64,000 bases of DNA from the NCBI GenBank assembly GCA_963667365.1, contig OY763324.1:4606509-4670508 (forward strand). The letters are read 5' to 3'. Shown one piece after another: positions 8,253 to 17,710 of the stretch (the first letter of the stretch is position 1; every line of letters begins with the position of its first letter). The notes below the pieces were generated by a model that ran no database searches, was not told the origin of the DNA, and saw nothing but the letters and a program-made list of their open reading frames with translations. The translations under genes and the position numbers were made by a program. The DNA comes from Candidatus Poribacteria bacterium (lineage in GTDB: Bacteria > Poribacteria > WGA-4E > WGA-3G).

Positions 8253-10211
8253 ATGAAAAATAAATGGAGTTATAGAATGCAGTTCAAAACGTTAGTCCTT
8301 ATCAGTGTTGTAGTAATTATATTAGGAATTGGGGTGGTTGCAGATGGTTCTTCTGGAATAGATCATCGTGATATTTTTGTTGGTGCAAGTGCAAGGGCAG
8401 TCGGTATGGGAAGTGCCTTCACCGCAGGTCCCTCAACTAATAACGGTTTTTTATGGAATCCTTCATCACTTGGATTTATGAATGGCTTGGAAGTCAATAT
8501 GGGAGGAATTCCGTTTTCTGGTGAACCCTCAGGACCAGATCAGGCATTTTCTTTTGCCGCGAGTCCCTATACACTCGGTTTAACAGATAAAAATGTAGGA
8601 AATCTCTCTTTAGCATCATGGTTCAATGGTTGGAACAATAGCAATAGTGAATCTACGCAGATTGTACTTTTAGGATATGGCTTGGCATTTGGTCCACAGA
8701 CATCAGCTGGTGCGAATATACGCTATTATCAGCACAACACACCGACAAGAACAAATTATCTTTGGAGCACTGATATAGGGATGCAGTTTACATATCCATT
8801 GGAAAAGGTTGGAGATTCAATTACGTTTGGTATGAATCTATCAGAATTAAGCAATGGAATTCGTGAAAATGGTGAACTAATTGAAAGTCTACCATTGGCA
8901 GCACGTTTCGGAACAACATATCGTCCTGACAGTGCAACTCTGTTATCTGCCGATGTTGCTATACGAGGACAAAATGATGCGAATTGGGGTGAAAGGCTTC
9001 GGTTACATTTTGGTGCAGAACGTTGGTTATTTAACAATCATCTCGGTATTCGCGTAGGATATACAGCACTAACTGCATCCGACAAATTTAGTGCTGGTCA
9101 ATGGACTCAAGGAATTAGTTTTCAAAACTCTTCTGGACAGTTAGATTATGCACATGTTCGTGGCGGTGATTTAGATCAAAGTCTGCATTGGATCTCAGCT
9201 ACATTACGTTGGGGTGGAAAAGATAGACAAATAACATTTTCTAAGCCTAAATCTTCTTCATCAAAACCTACAACCGAATCAAAAGGTAGAGATGATACAG
9301 AGACAATTCAACCGATCCTTATGCCGAAAACACTTGATGCAAATCCAGAAACTGATGTGAATAGAAGAGAATTACAACTTTCCAATAATGCTATTTCACC
9401 GAATAGTGATGGGGTAGCTGACAGCACCACATTCCAGTTTAGTGTAAGGGCAAATGATAAATGGCGATTAACACTTCGTGATGCATATACAGAACAGGTA
9501 TGGGAGAAAACTGGAACTGGCTCACTATCAGAGGGTGTGGTTTGGAATGGAATGGGAACATCTGGTAAATTAGTTCCTGATGGCGACTACGTCCTACAAT
9601 TACATATTATTGATTCTGAAGGCAATGCACATCTAAGGCATAGCAAAAAAGTCACGGTAGACCTGATTCCCTCTACGGTTGATGTATCCAAAAAAAGTTC
9701 TACAAGTGTCGGCATAAAGGTATTTGACATCAATCCTATAACTGAATGGAAACTTGATATATATGATGCAAGCAATACGTTAGTGGAAAATAGTGAGGGT
9801 AAAGGCTCCCCACCAGAGACGATAGTCCTAACAAAAGTTCCACAGTCAACCACAGCAAAATATCGATTCGCATTGACAGTCAAAGATATTGCTGGAAATC
9901 AGAGTATTCAACAAGCACAGCTACAATTCGGTAGTGGAAATGCTGATAGCAATACTCAGGTTGTAACTGATGAACCTAAGTTAACATTGATGGTCGGGTC
10001 CTTCGGTGAAAGACGCAATGCAAATATGTTGGCTGAGAATCTACGACGTTTATATCCGAATGAAACAGTGAAAATATATACTGCTACTGTGAATGGAGAT
10101 GCGATGCATAGGGTAACAATCGGAACGTTCGTTGAACGTTCGGAGGCATCTGGACTCATGCAACAAATTCAAGAATCGCAAGGTGTTGAACCTATATTGA
10201 TTACACCGTGA
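8253..10211 (+). CDS. Outer-membrane FadL/PorV-like beta-barrel protein with Ig-like middle region and C-terminal SPOR (peptidoglycan-binding) domain
   Basis: Signal/TM N-terminus. GASARAVGMGSAFTAG...WNPSSLG fits the FadL-family N-terminal pattern. C-terminal LMVGSFGERRNANMLAENLRRLYP...VTIGTF is SPOR-like. Confidence 0.5.
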   Translation: MKNKWSYRMQFKTLVLISVVVIILGIGVVADGSSGIDHRDIFVGASARAVGMGSAFTAGPSTNNGFLWNPSSLGFMNGLEVNMGGIPFSGEPSGPDQAFSFAASPYTLGLTDKNVGNLSLASWFNGWNNSNSESTQIVLLGYGLAFGPQTSAGANIRYYQHNTPTRTNYLWSTDIGMQFTYPLEKVGDSITFGMNLSELSNGIRENGELIESLPLAARFGTTYRPDSATLLSADVAIRGQNDANWGERLRLHFGAERWLFNNHLGIRVGYTALTASDKFSAGQWTQGISFQNSSGQLDYAHVRGGDLDQSLHWISATLRWGGKDRQITFSKPKSSSSKPTTESKGRDDTETIQPILMPKTLDANPETDVNRRELQLSNNAISPNSDGVADSTTFQFSVRANDKWRLTLRDAYTEQVWEKTGTGSLSEGVVWNGMGTSGKLVPDGDYVLQLHIIDSEGNAHLRHSKKVTVDLIPSTVDVSKKSSTSVGIKVFDINPITEWKLDIYDASNTLVENSEGKGSPPETIVLTKVPQSTTAKYRFALTVKDIAGNQSIQQAQLQFGSGNADSNTQVVTDEPKLTLMVGSFGERRNANMLAENLRRLYPNETVKIYTATVNGDAMHRVTIGTFVERSEASGLMQQIQESQGVEPILITP

Positions 10212-10237
10212 TAAGTGTTACGTGTCTATTGAATTCT

Positions 10238-11098
10238 CTACATCCTATAGAATTCTAATGCGTTCTGGTAGAAAAGACGGTTTTGCTCTGACTCTGATGC
10301 GTAATCAACAACCGAGAGAAGTGCCTCTAACCATTCATTATACGTTGCGGCTAAGGTGCAAACAGGCCAATCACTACCAAACATAAGACGGTCATAACCG
10401 AATACGTCAATAAGATGTCTTATATAAGGTTTTAATTCTTCAGATGTCCAGTTTTCACTTGCAGTTGTAACGATGCCAGACACCTTACAGTGAACATTAT
10501 CAAAGGCGGCGAGTTTGCGTATATGGGTTGCCCACGGCTCAAACTCTCCGTCTTTTATATTTGGACCTCCACAGTGGTTGACAGCGTGTGCTACATCAGG
10601 AGTGGCTTTTACCAATTCAATTGCTGCAGGAAGTTGATCATGTTTAGCACAGAGTTCGAAGGAGAGATTATATTTTGCTAATAATTTCACACCATTAATC
10701 AGTTCCGGACTTGCATAGAAATGATTGTCTGGATTATGCCATGCCATTCGACGTATTCCCATAACAAGGTCAAATGCTGCAAGTTGGTCAAGGATAGCGT
10801 CTACGTTTGGCTTTTCAAGTGGAGCAGCGGCAGCAATTGCCCCAATCATACCATCTGTTTCCGCAATCTGCGTTAACCATTCCACTTCTTGTACAACATG
10901 TGTTTCTGCGGGATCCCCTTCTACATGAACAGATTTCACAACGTTTATGTCACTGACCGCATCGCGATAATCTTGTGGTGTATATTGTTGTTTGAGGAGA
11001 TCAAATCCGTCTAACCATGGGTATTCCAAGTTGGATGTATCCCATAGGTGTTGGTGTGTGTCAATGATTTTATGCATATATGTCCTTTTCAAATTCAC
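10238..11098 (-). CDS. Amidohydrolase-2 family metal-dependent hydrolase
   Basis: N-terminal IDTHQHLW (metal-binding HxH). TIM-barrel amidohydrolase_2 length and motifs. Confidence 0.75.
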   Translation of the reverse strand: MNLKRTYMHKIIDTHQHLWDTSNLEYPWLDGFDLLKQQYTPQDYRDAVSDINVVKSVHVEGDPAETHVVQEVEWLTQIAETDGMIGAIAAAAPLEKPNVDAILDQLAAFDLVMGIRRMAWHNPDNHFYASPELINGVKLLAKYNLSFELCAKHDQLPAAIELVKATPDVAHAVNHCGGPNIKDGEFEPWATHIRKLAAFDNVHCKVSGIVTTASENWTSEELKPYIRHLIDVFGYDRLMFGSDWPVCTLAATYNEWLEALLSVVDYASESEQNRLFYQNALEFYRM

Positions 11099-11258
11099 AA
11101 AGATGAATAATACATGTCATTATTATATCAAACAAAATGTAAAGTCAAGATAAGCACTGACAGAAAACTATAAAAGCATCCGAACAAAGGTTTGTAAAAT
11201 CTGTATGTTTATGTTACTATATTATGTATAGAAATTCAACTATTGAAAAGGCTTATAG

Positions 11259-12050
11259 ATGTCTACACACCCCAATTCATTTCCTACCTATTTTGCCCTA
11301 TTCAAACTGACATTGCGTCAGTTATTCTGGGGTCGTCGAGGACTCCTGATGTTGGTTGGATGTGTTTTCCCACTTATCATCGCTATAATATTTAGATTCA
11401 CGGTAAGTGGAACAACAAGCGTCAATACTTTTATACCACATCTAACATTTTGGTTTTATGGGTTTTTGACGAATTTGTGTGCCATATTTTACGGTTCAGC
11501 CATTGTCTCTGATGAAATTGATGGCAGAGGATTGACATATCTGCAGATGCGACCAATACAAAAACCAATGCTATTGTTAACCAAATTCGCAGCCTACATG
11601 GTAGGTGCAGTTATCCTCTTAAGTATATCACATTTACTTCTGACAGGTATAGTACAGACACATCCAAAACTTAAGGATCGTTTGACAGTATTTGCAATGA
11701 GTTTTTTATACACTGGTTCATTGTCAATAGGTATGATAACATACGGGACATTTGCAGTGTTATTGTCCGTTAGGTTTAAGAATCCTGTGATATGGGGTTT
11801 GCTGTATGTGTTTGGCTGGGAGAAATTAACTGCATTGCCAGATTTGCCAACCGGAATCAAACGGATTGGACTCACGCATTACCTGATGACACTATTTCCA
11901 GATTACAAAATGCGCGGAGACTATCTTAATCATGCGTTAGGAAATACTCCGCCGGCATCATGGGTAGCAGTTGTAATTATCTGTATACTAACAGTAGGAG
12001 CAATGTGGATTGCTATCAGTATTTTTCGGGAGAGGGAGTATTTGATGTAG
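11259..12050 (+). CDS. Polytopic membrane protein, ABC-2-type permease-like
   Basis: Six predicted hydrophobic helices. No adjacent ATPase, so a transporter role is unproven. Confidence 0.35.
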   Translation: MSTHPNSFPTYFALFKLTLRQLFWGRRGLLMLVGCVFPLIIAIIFRFTVSGTTSVNTFIPHLTFWFYGFLTNLCAIFYGSAIVSDEIDGRGLTYLQMRPIQKPMLLLTKFAAYMVGAVILLSISHLLLTGIVQTHPKLKDRLTVFAMSFLYTGSLSIGMITYGTFAVLLSVRFKNPVIWGLLYVFGWEKLTALPDLPTGIKRIGLTHYLMTLFPDYKMRGDYLNHALGNTPPASWVAVVIICILTVGAMWIAISIFREREYLM

Positions 12051-12076
12051 GAGTTCATTCCTACAATTTGCCAACC

Positions 12077-13279
12077 TTATATTTTATCTGAAAGCACACG
12101 TGCAGTCTCGCGCGATACGATAAGTTCTTCATTCGTGGTTACGACAAGAATCTTTGTCCGACTATTCTCTGCTGATAGGTCAGTTTCTCCTGTTGATTTC
12201 TCATTTTTTTCCGTGTCTAAATAAATACCACACCATTCAAGTCCTTCACAGATTTTAGCCCGTGTCGTTGCACTTTTCTCTCCGATTCCACCCGCAAAAG
12301 CAATAACATCAACACCTCCAAGTGCTGCAATATAAGCCCCTATATACTTCTTTACCCCATAAACATAGGTTTCCAATGCCAAACGCGCAGTGTCGTTACC
12401 CGCTTCAATTGCCGATTCTACATCTCGCATATCTCCACTCGTGCCAGATATGCCTTTCACACCAGAATCCTCAATCAGTTGTCGTCGGATCTCATCAGTA
12501 GAGAATCCATCTTTGTCCATCAGATATAAGACAGCAAATGCATCTAAGTCACCACAACGCGTAGATTGAATCATACCGTATTGTGTTGATGCTCCCATAG
12601 AGGTATCTATAGATTTTCCGTCTTTGATTGCACATATAGAGGAGCTGCCACCGAGATGACAGGAGATTACGCGAAGTCCCTCACTGGTTTCACGACCAAG
12701 AATCTGTGGTACGCGTTCCGATATATAGCGATGTGATGCTCCGTGAAATCCATATTTGCGTATACCGTGTTGTTCTACCCAAAAGCGGGGAACACCGAAT
12801 TCGTAGGCATAATCAGGGATGGTTTGATGGAACCATGTCTCAAAAACTGCGACAAGTGGTGTAGTCGGAAGAAGTTCCTGAAAGGCACGAATAGATGCAA
12901 TATAGGCGGGATTATGCATCGGAGCAAGTGGTGTAGATGACTCCAATGCAGCAATTACGTCTTCCGTAATCCGTGCTGAACGCCAATATCCTTTGGCAAG
13001 AATGGTTTTGAATCCGACTCCATCCAATTCGTTTAGGTCTGTAAGACATCCAACTTCAGGATCGGTGATGAGTTGCATTGCGTGTGCAATCGCATCAATG
13101 TGTGATGGTGCATCAATTTCACCTTCCCGTGATGGTTTTCCCGGTACCGAATGTGTGAAGGCAGATGGTGAATTGCCGATACGTTCTACACCTCCCTTAA
13201 CAAGCGAGGTAGTTGTACCCATATCAAGGATCTGGTATTTGAATGATGTGCTTCCTACATTTGCACAGAGTATACGCAT
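12077..13279 (-). CDS. ackA: Acetate (propionate) kinase
   Basis: MRILCANVGSTSFKYQI N-terminus. ...GFHGASHRYISER. 400 aa. Confidence 0.85.
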   Translation of the reverse strand: MRILCANVGSTSFKYQILDMGTTTSLVKGGVERIGNSPSAFTHSVPGKPSREGEIDAPSHIDAIAHAMQLITDPEVGCLTDLNELDGVGFKTILAKGYWRSARITEDVIAALESSTPLAPMHNPAYIASIRAFQELLPTTPLVAVFETWFHQTIPDYAYEFGVPRFWVEQHGIRKYGFHGASHRYISERVPQILGRETSEGLRVISCHLGGSSSICAIKDGKSIDTSMGASTQYGMIQSTRCGDLDAFAVLYLMDKDGFSTDEIRRQLIEDSGVKGISGTSGDMRDVESAIEAGNDTARLALETYVYGVKKYIGAYIAALGGVDVIAFAGGIGEKSATTRAKICEGLEWCGIYLDTEKNEKSTGETDLSAENSRTKILVVTTNEELIVSRETARVLSDKI

Positions 13280-13315
13280 TCGTTTGGTTTCTTTTTGTTG
13301 AACGGATTAATGGAA

Positions 13316-13698
13316 TTATTCGTCTGCTTTTACAAGAGTTTGATAGTAGAGGGCTTGGCTGATTCTTGTTCCCTGCAAACGAAGTTCATCAAGTATTGGT
13401 TTGACTATCGGAATTACTCCTTAATCTCTTGAGCAAGTACGATGGTGGCACATTCACCTATATGTAGAGACTTTTGATTCTGAAGTTCTATCACTTGATT
13501 CAAGTCAGTCACTGAATGACAATGGATCCACTCTGCTGCTTCAACTTCTGCCGCTCCTTGTTTTCCTGCACCATCTACAACTACTTCAATGTAGACTTCT
13601 TCAGGGATAATAATTGAGTGGTAAACCTTCCGAAGCAGATCTAATTGACTAATTTTTGAAAGTTCAATCAAAGGTGTGCTATTTGTGACAATTTTCAT
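13316..13698 (-). pseudogene. DUF3368 (PIN-like) toxin, disrupted by frameshift and internal deletion
   Basis: ORF 13414..13698 encodes the N-terminal 94 aa (MKIVTNSTPLIELSKI...EVYIEVVVDGAG). A different frame, 13316..13420, encodes GVIPIVKPILDELRLQGTRISQALYYQTLVKADE, the typical DUF3368 C-terminus. Confidence 0.5.
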
Positions 13699-13987
13699 TG
13701 TGCTGGTTTTTTATAACTTCCAAAGCACTTTCTACTTCAGTTGATAATTCTTCTGCAGTCTGTTCAGCAAAGGGTGAAATTCCAGCAGCAGACATCAACT
13801 CTGAGAGATCCCATCTTGAAATGGAAAGCAGTTTTGCAGCTTTACCTGCACTGATATCACCTTGCCGAAGGAGTTCTAATACATAAGCTTCTTTTGCCTT
13901 GTATTCTGCATCAGATTTATGATGTAACAGTGCCTCGTCAATTGCAAGTGTGAATTGAACTTCGACTTGTGATTTATCCATACTCAT
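13679..13987 (-). CDS. UPF0175-family antitoxin (HTH)
   Basis: ...LELLRQGDISAGKAAKLLSISRWDLSELM. Overlaps the downstream DUF3368 gene by 20 bp, the canonical UPF0175/DUF3368 pairing. Confidence 0.65.
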   Translation of the reverse strand: MSMDKSQVEVQFTLAIDEALLHHKSDAEYKAKEAYVLELLRQGDISAGKAAKLLSISRWDLSELMSAAGISPFAEQTAEELSTEVESALEVIKNQHNENCHK

Positions 13988-14160
13988 AGTTTACTCACCT
14001 ATTGGGTATCTTGAGCGTTTTCCGTTCACTGGATAATTTAAAGAATCAATCTATTAAACATTTTAGCACATAATTCCCTACAATTCAACTCCTATAGAAT
14101 ACATTAAACAGGAAGGCGCGCTTACAAAGCGCGCCTGTTGAACAATACAACTGAAAAACA

Positions 14161-17100
14161 TTATTCCGCTTTCGGCAATGTTGGCAGTGTTAAACGTGGA
14201 CGGTCACCAAAATCGGGGAGTTCGGGTGGGTTTTCTTCCATTTCCTCAAGGAGGAGTTCTATTGCCTTATCAAGTTGTGGGTCACCCTCAGCAATGTAAT
14301 CCTGTGGACGGTAATCTACTTCAATGTCTGGATCAGTACCGTAGTTTTCAACACTCCAACCGACATCTTCGAACCAGAAAGAGTACTCAGGTTGTGTTGT
14401 GGAACCTCCATCTACAAACCCTTGATGTGGTGATATTCCGATGACACCACCCCAAGTTCGTTTACCGATTAACTTTCCTAACTTCATTAGCTTGAAACAG
14501 TGAGAGAATATATCACCATCAGAACCCGCATTTTCGTTGGTAACGGTTACCATTGGTCCTAACACAGATGCAGCAGGATATGGGTTCGGTGTACCCCATC
14601 GTGGATGGGCATATCCAATACGACGGCGAGACAACTTTTCTAAAATGAGTTGCGAGACATTACCTCCACCGTTATAACGTACATCAATGAGTAGACTGGG
14701 ATAACTAACTTCTGCCAAGTATCCCCGATGGAATTCCGCATATCCACGTCTTCCCATGTCAGGGATATGGACGTATCCTACCTTACCATCCGTTTTTTCG
14801 TGAACGTACTTTCGATTTTGTGCTACCCATTCACGATACCGTAACTCGCTTTCACCGCTAAGGGTTTTGATGGTGACAACGCGTTTCTCTCCATCTTTAG
14901 CATTTTTGAAGGTTGCTTGCACCTCTTGTCTACCCAGATTGACCAATAACTCACCTGGTGAGATATTTTGACTAACAGATTGCCCACCAATCGCAAGCAA
15001 TATGTCATTTTCTTGAACATTAATTCCGGGAGCGTTCAACGGAGAATCCCTTCTCTCATTCCAAGTATCTCCTCGAACTATGTGTGTAATACGATATCCG
15101 TTATTGTCTGGATCGTAGACATAATCAGCACCGAGAAATCCTTGTCCGTAGTTTGGCGAACTGCGGTAATCACCACCAGATTCATACGCATGTGATGTAC
15201 CCAGTTCTCCTTGCATTTCCCACATAAGGTCAGAAAATTCCGCACGGGTTGCTATCCTATCAAGTAATGGTAGATAACGTTGATATACGTTTTCCCAATC
15301 CACATCGGACATATTTTCTGTCCAGAAATAATCGCGCTGAAGTCGCCACGCTTCGCGATACATTTGTGCCCATTCTGCTGTTGGGATAACGGAGGGTCTG
15401 ATTCGGTTAATTTCTATCCAACCAGTATGACGATTAGAGCCTTTGTTCTCAGACTTTTGACCTTCTTCAACTTTTCTGCCAGCTTTTATAACACGCAACC
15501 GATTTCCTGTGCGATACACAAGAAACTTATTGTCTCGTGAGAGTTGGAAGTTATCAATATCTGAAACGAGAACTTCCTTCTTCTGTTCTTTGAAATCGTA
15601 AACATGGAGTTTACCTTTAGATCCTGAATCCTCTTCACCAGGTGAATTCTGGGTGTGTCTAACGGGAAAAGTAGTAAAAATCACTTTTCCCTCAATCCCA
15701 TCAATCTGTCCGTATCGTCCATGCGAATAGGGAAAAGCGACTATACGTTGTTCAATACCATCTAATTCAATATTAATCGGTTTTTTCTTTTTCTCTTCAG
15801 CTTTCTTTTTAGCATCTTCATCTTTCTCTGATGACTTGTCTTCAGAATCTTTGTCCTCTTTATCCTCTTTTTCTTTGTCTTTTTCATCTTCTGGTGATGG
15901 AGCAGCAGGCACAAATGGGTTGGGTAAATCCTTCTGCAAGGTCACCAACAGTGGACGTGTAGCGATAGGGAAACTAAGGTCAAAGTGTAACGCATCACCA
16001 ACAGGATCAAATTCCCGTTGGGAGAAAAAATATAGGTATTTTCCATCTGGATCCCATGCGGGTGCATAGTCTTTGAATTCAGGTTGTGTAACATACCAAG
16101 TTTCACCTGTTTCAACTTTACAAAGCTTAATTGATGAAGTAGTTTCTGTAGCAGGAAAACTATAGGCGATCCATTTACCATCTGGCGACCAATTTGCACC
16201 TTGGATGCGGTTGTATAGGCTTTTGTCAAGTACCCGCAGTTCTGAAGTTTCCAATTCTATATGGAGAAGTTCAAAACGGTGATTAACGATTAGGATCTGA
16301 TCTTTTAAGTTATCACCTTTAGGACATACGACCAGTTGTCGGACATGTCCTATATCCAATTCGTCAAGTCGACGTATCTCATCACTACCGTCGCAGGTAT
16401 GGATTTCTAACGCTTCCTCGCCATCTGTATCAGAGAGGGTAATGACACGTTTTCCATCGTTCAGCCATTGTGTCTTACGGTAGCGAGTACCGTTACGTTT
16501 ACCCTGTTGTAGAACGGCACCATCCCAATTTGCCATTGTGAATAGTTTTCCACGAGAAGTTAAGGCAAGAGATTGACCCTTAGGAGATGGTGCAAATTCC
16601 TGCAGATATTGCGAGGCACTTACAAATTTTCGTTGTCGTTGAATACGTGGACTGCGGAATTCAACATCAACTTTATAATTGTTATCATTTTCAATATCGT
16701 AGACCCATAGGTCAGCACCGGCATGGTAGACGATGCGTGTACCATCAGTTTGTGCTGATCTGCTATAATATGTTTCTTGATGTGTGTGACGTTGCATGTC
16801 TTCACCAGAAGTCAGACATGAGTAGATATTTCCAACACCTTCGTGATCTGAGATAAAATAGATACGTTCCCCTACCCACATCGGTGTAGTAAAATTACTA
16901 TCAACTGGAGTCAAAGGTTGAAATTGTCCATCACCCTCGTTGTCTAACCAGAGTTGACCTGCAGTTCCACCACGATAACGTTTCCATCGTGCGGGTTCAC
17001 GTGTCAACCTACCGAGTATAACACCACCATTACTGCCAAATGATATGTGGTTTGCTGGACCGTAGGGAAGTCGTTGTGGTTCTCCACCTTCTTGAGAAAT

Positions 17101-17445
17101 GCTCCATATCCACGCTCCGAATGCAGAACCAGCAGCACTGGAATATAGAATGTTTTCTCCATCTACATCCCACCCGACAATACTGGCATTGCTTCCTTGA
17201 TATGTAAGTCGTTTTGCTTCTCCTCCGAGTGCTGGCATGACGTATACTTCCGCTGGACCTTCTTCACGTCCAGCAAACGCGAGTAGTTCACCGTTTGGTG
17301 ATAGTTGTGGGGAACTTGTTGCACCAAGATTTGATGTGAGCCTACGTGCTACTCCACCAGTGATTGGGACTGTCCACAAATCATCCTCACATACAAATAC
17401 AATAGTTTCATTGGAAATAGTTGGGAATCGAAAATATCCTGACAT
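14161..17445 (-). CDS. tri: Tricorn protease homologue (beta-propellers plus PDZ plus S41-type peptidase)
   Basis: 1094 aa. IVFVCEDDLWTV and LIGKRTWGGVIGISP match Thermoplasma tricorn IIFVCCDDLWEH and LIGTRTWGGVVGITP. Acidic KE-rich insert at about aa 500-560. Confidence 0.85.
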   Translation of the reverse strand: MSGYFRFPTISNETIVFVCEDDLWTVPITGGVARRLTSNLGATSSPQLSPNGELLAFAGREEGPAEVYVMPALGGEAKRLTYQGSNASIVGWDVDGENILYSSAAGSAFGAWIWSISQEGGEPQRLPYGPANHISFGSNGGVILGRLTREPARWKRYRGGTAGQLWLDNEGDGQFQPLTPVDSNFTTPMWVGERIYFISDHEGVGNIYSCLTSGEDMQRHTHQETYYSRSAQTDGTRIVYHAGADLWVYDIENDNNYKVDVEFRSPRIQRQRKFVSASQYLQEFAPSPKGQSLALTSRGKLFTMANWDGAVLQQGKRNGTRYRKTQWLNDGKRVITLSDTDGEEALEIHTCDGSDEIRRLDELDIGHVRQLVVCPKGDNLKDQILIVNHRFELLHIELETSELRVLDKSLYNRIQGANWSPDGKWIAYSFPATETTSSIKLCKVETGETWYVTQPEFKDYAPAWDPDGKYLYFFSQREFDPVGDALHFDLSFPIATRPLLVTLQKDLPNPFVPAAPSPEDEKDKEKEDKEDKDSEDKSSEKDEDAKKKAEEKKKKPINIELDGIEQRIVAFPYSHGRYGQIDGIEGKVIFTTFPVRHTQNSPGEEDSGSKGKLHVYDFKEQKKEVLVSDIDNFQLSRDNKFLVYRTGNRLRVIKAGRKVEEGQKSENKGSNRHTGWIEINRIRPSVIPTAEWAQMYREAWRLQRDYFWTENMSDVDWENVYQRYLPLLDRIATRAEFSDLMWEMQGELGTSHAYESGGDYRSSPNYGQGFLGADYVYDPDNNGYRITHIVRGDTWNERRDSPLNAPGINVQENDILLAIGGQSVSQNISPGELLVNLGRQEVQATFKNAKDGEKRVVTIKTLSGESELRYREWVAQNRKYVHEKTDGKVGYVHIPDMGRRGYAEFHRGYLAEVSYPSLLIDVRYNGGGNVSQLILEKLSRRRIGYAHPRWGTPNPYPAASVLGPMVTVTNENAGSDGDIFSHCFKLMKLGKLIGKRTWGGVIGISPHQGFVDGGSTTQPEYSFWFEDVGWSVENYGTDPDIEVDYRPQDYIAEGDPQLDKAIELLLEEMEENPPELPDFGDRPRLTLPTLPKAE

Positions 17446-17710
17446 TCACACCTCCACGGATTGAGTTAGTAATAATTGAATAACATTTCCTATTATGTTA
17501 ATTTACTGTCGTTGTAGAAATAACATAGACACATTATTGTAAGAAAGGAAAAAGACTAAATGTAATAGGCGAGGCACCATATCACATCAAATGTATCAAA
17601 ACATTCAATGAGGACCTCGCCATACAGATTCAAGATTCAAGTCTAAGACAAGACACGCATATGGTCTTAGTTTATTGATAGCAATTGCAAACTTGGAGGA
17701 AGAGTATATT

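Noticed and set aside
15836-16069. Ser-rich 77-aa ORF
   Set aside because: Antisense to the acidic KE-rich insert of tricorn (GAA/GAT repeats read backwards as TCT/ATC).
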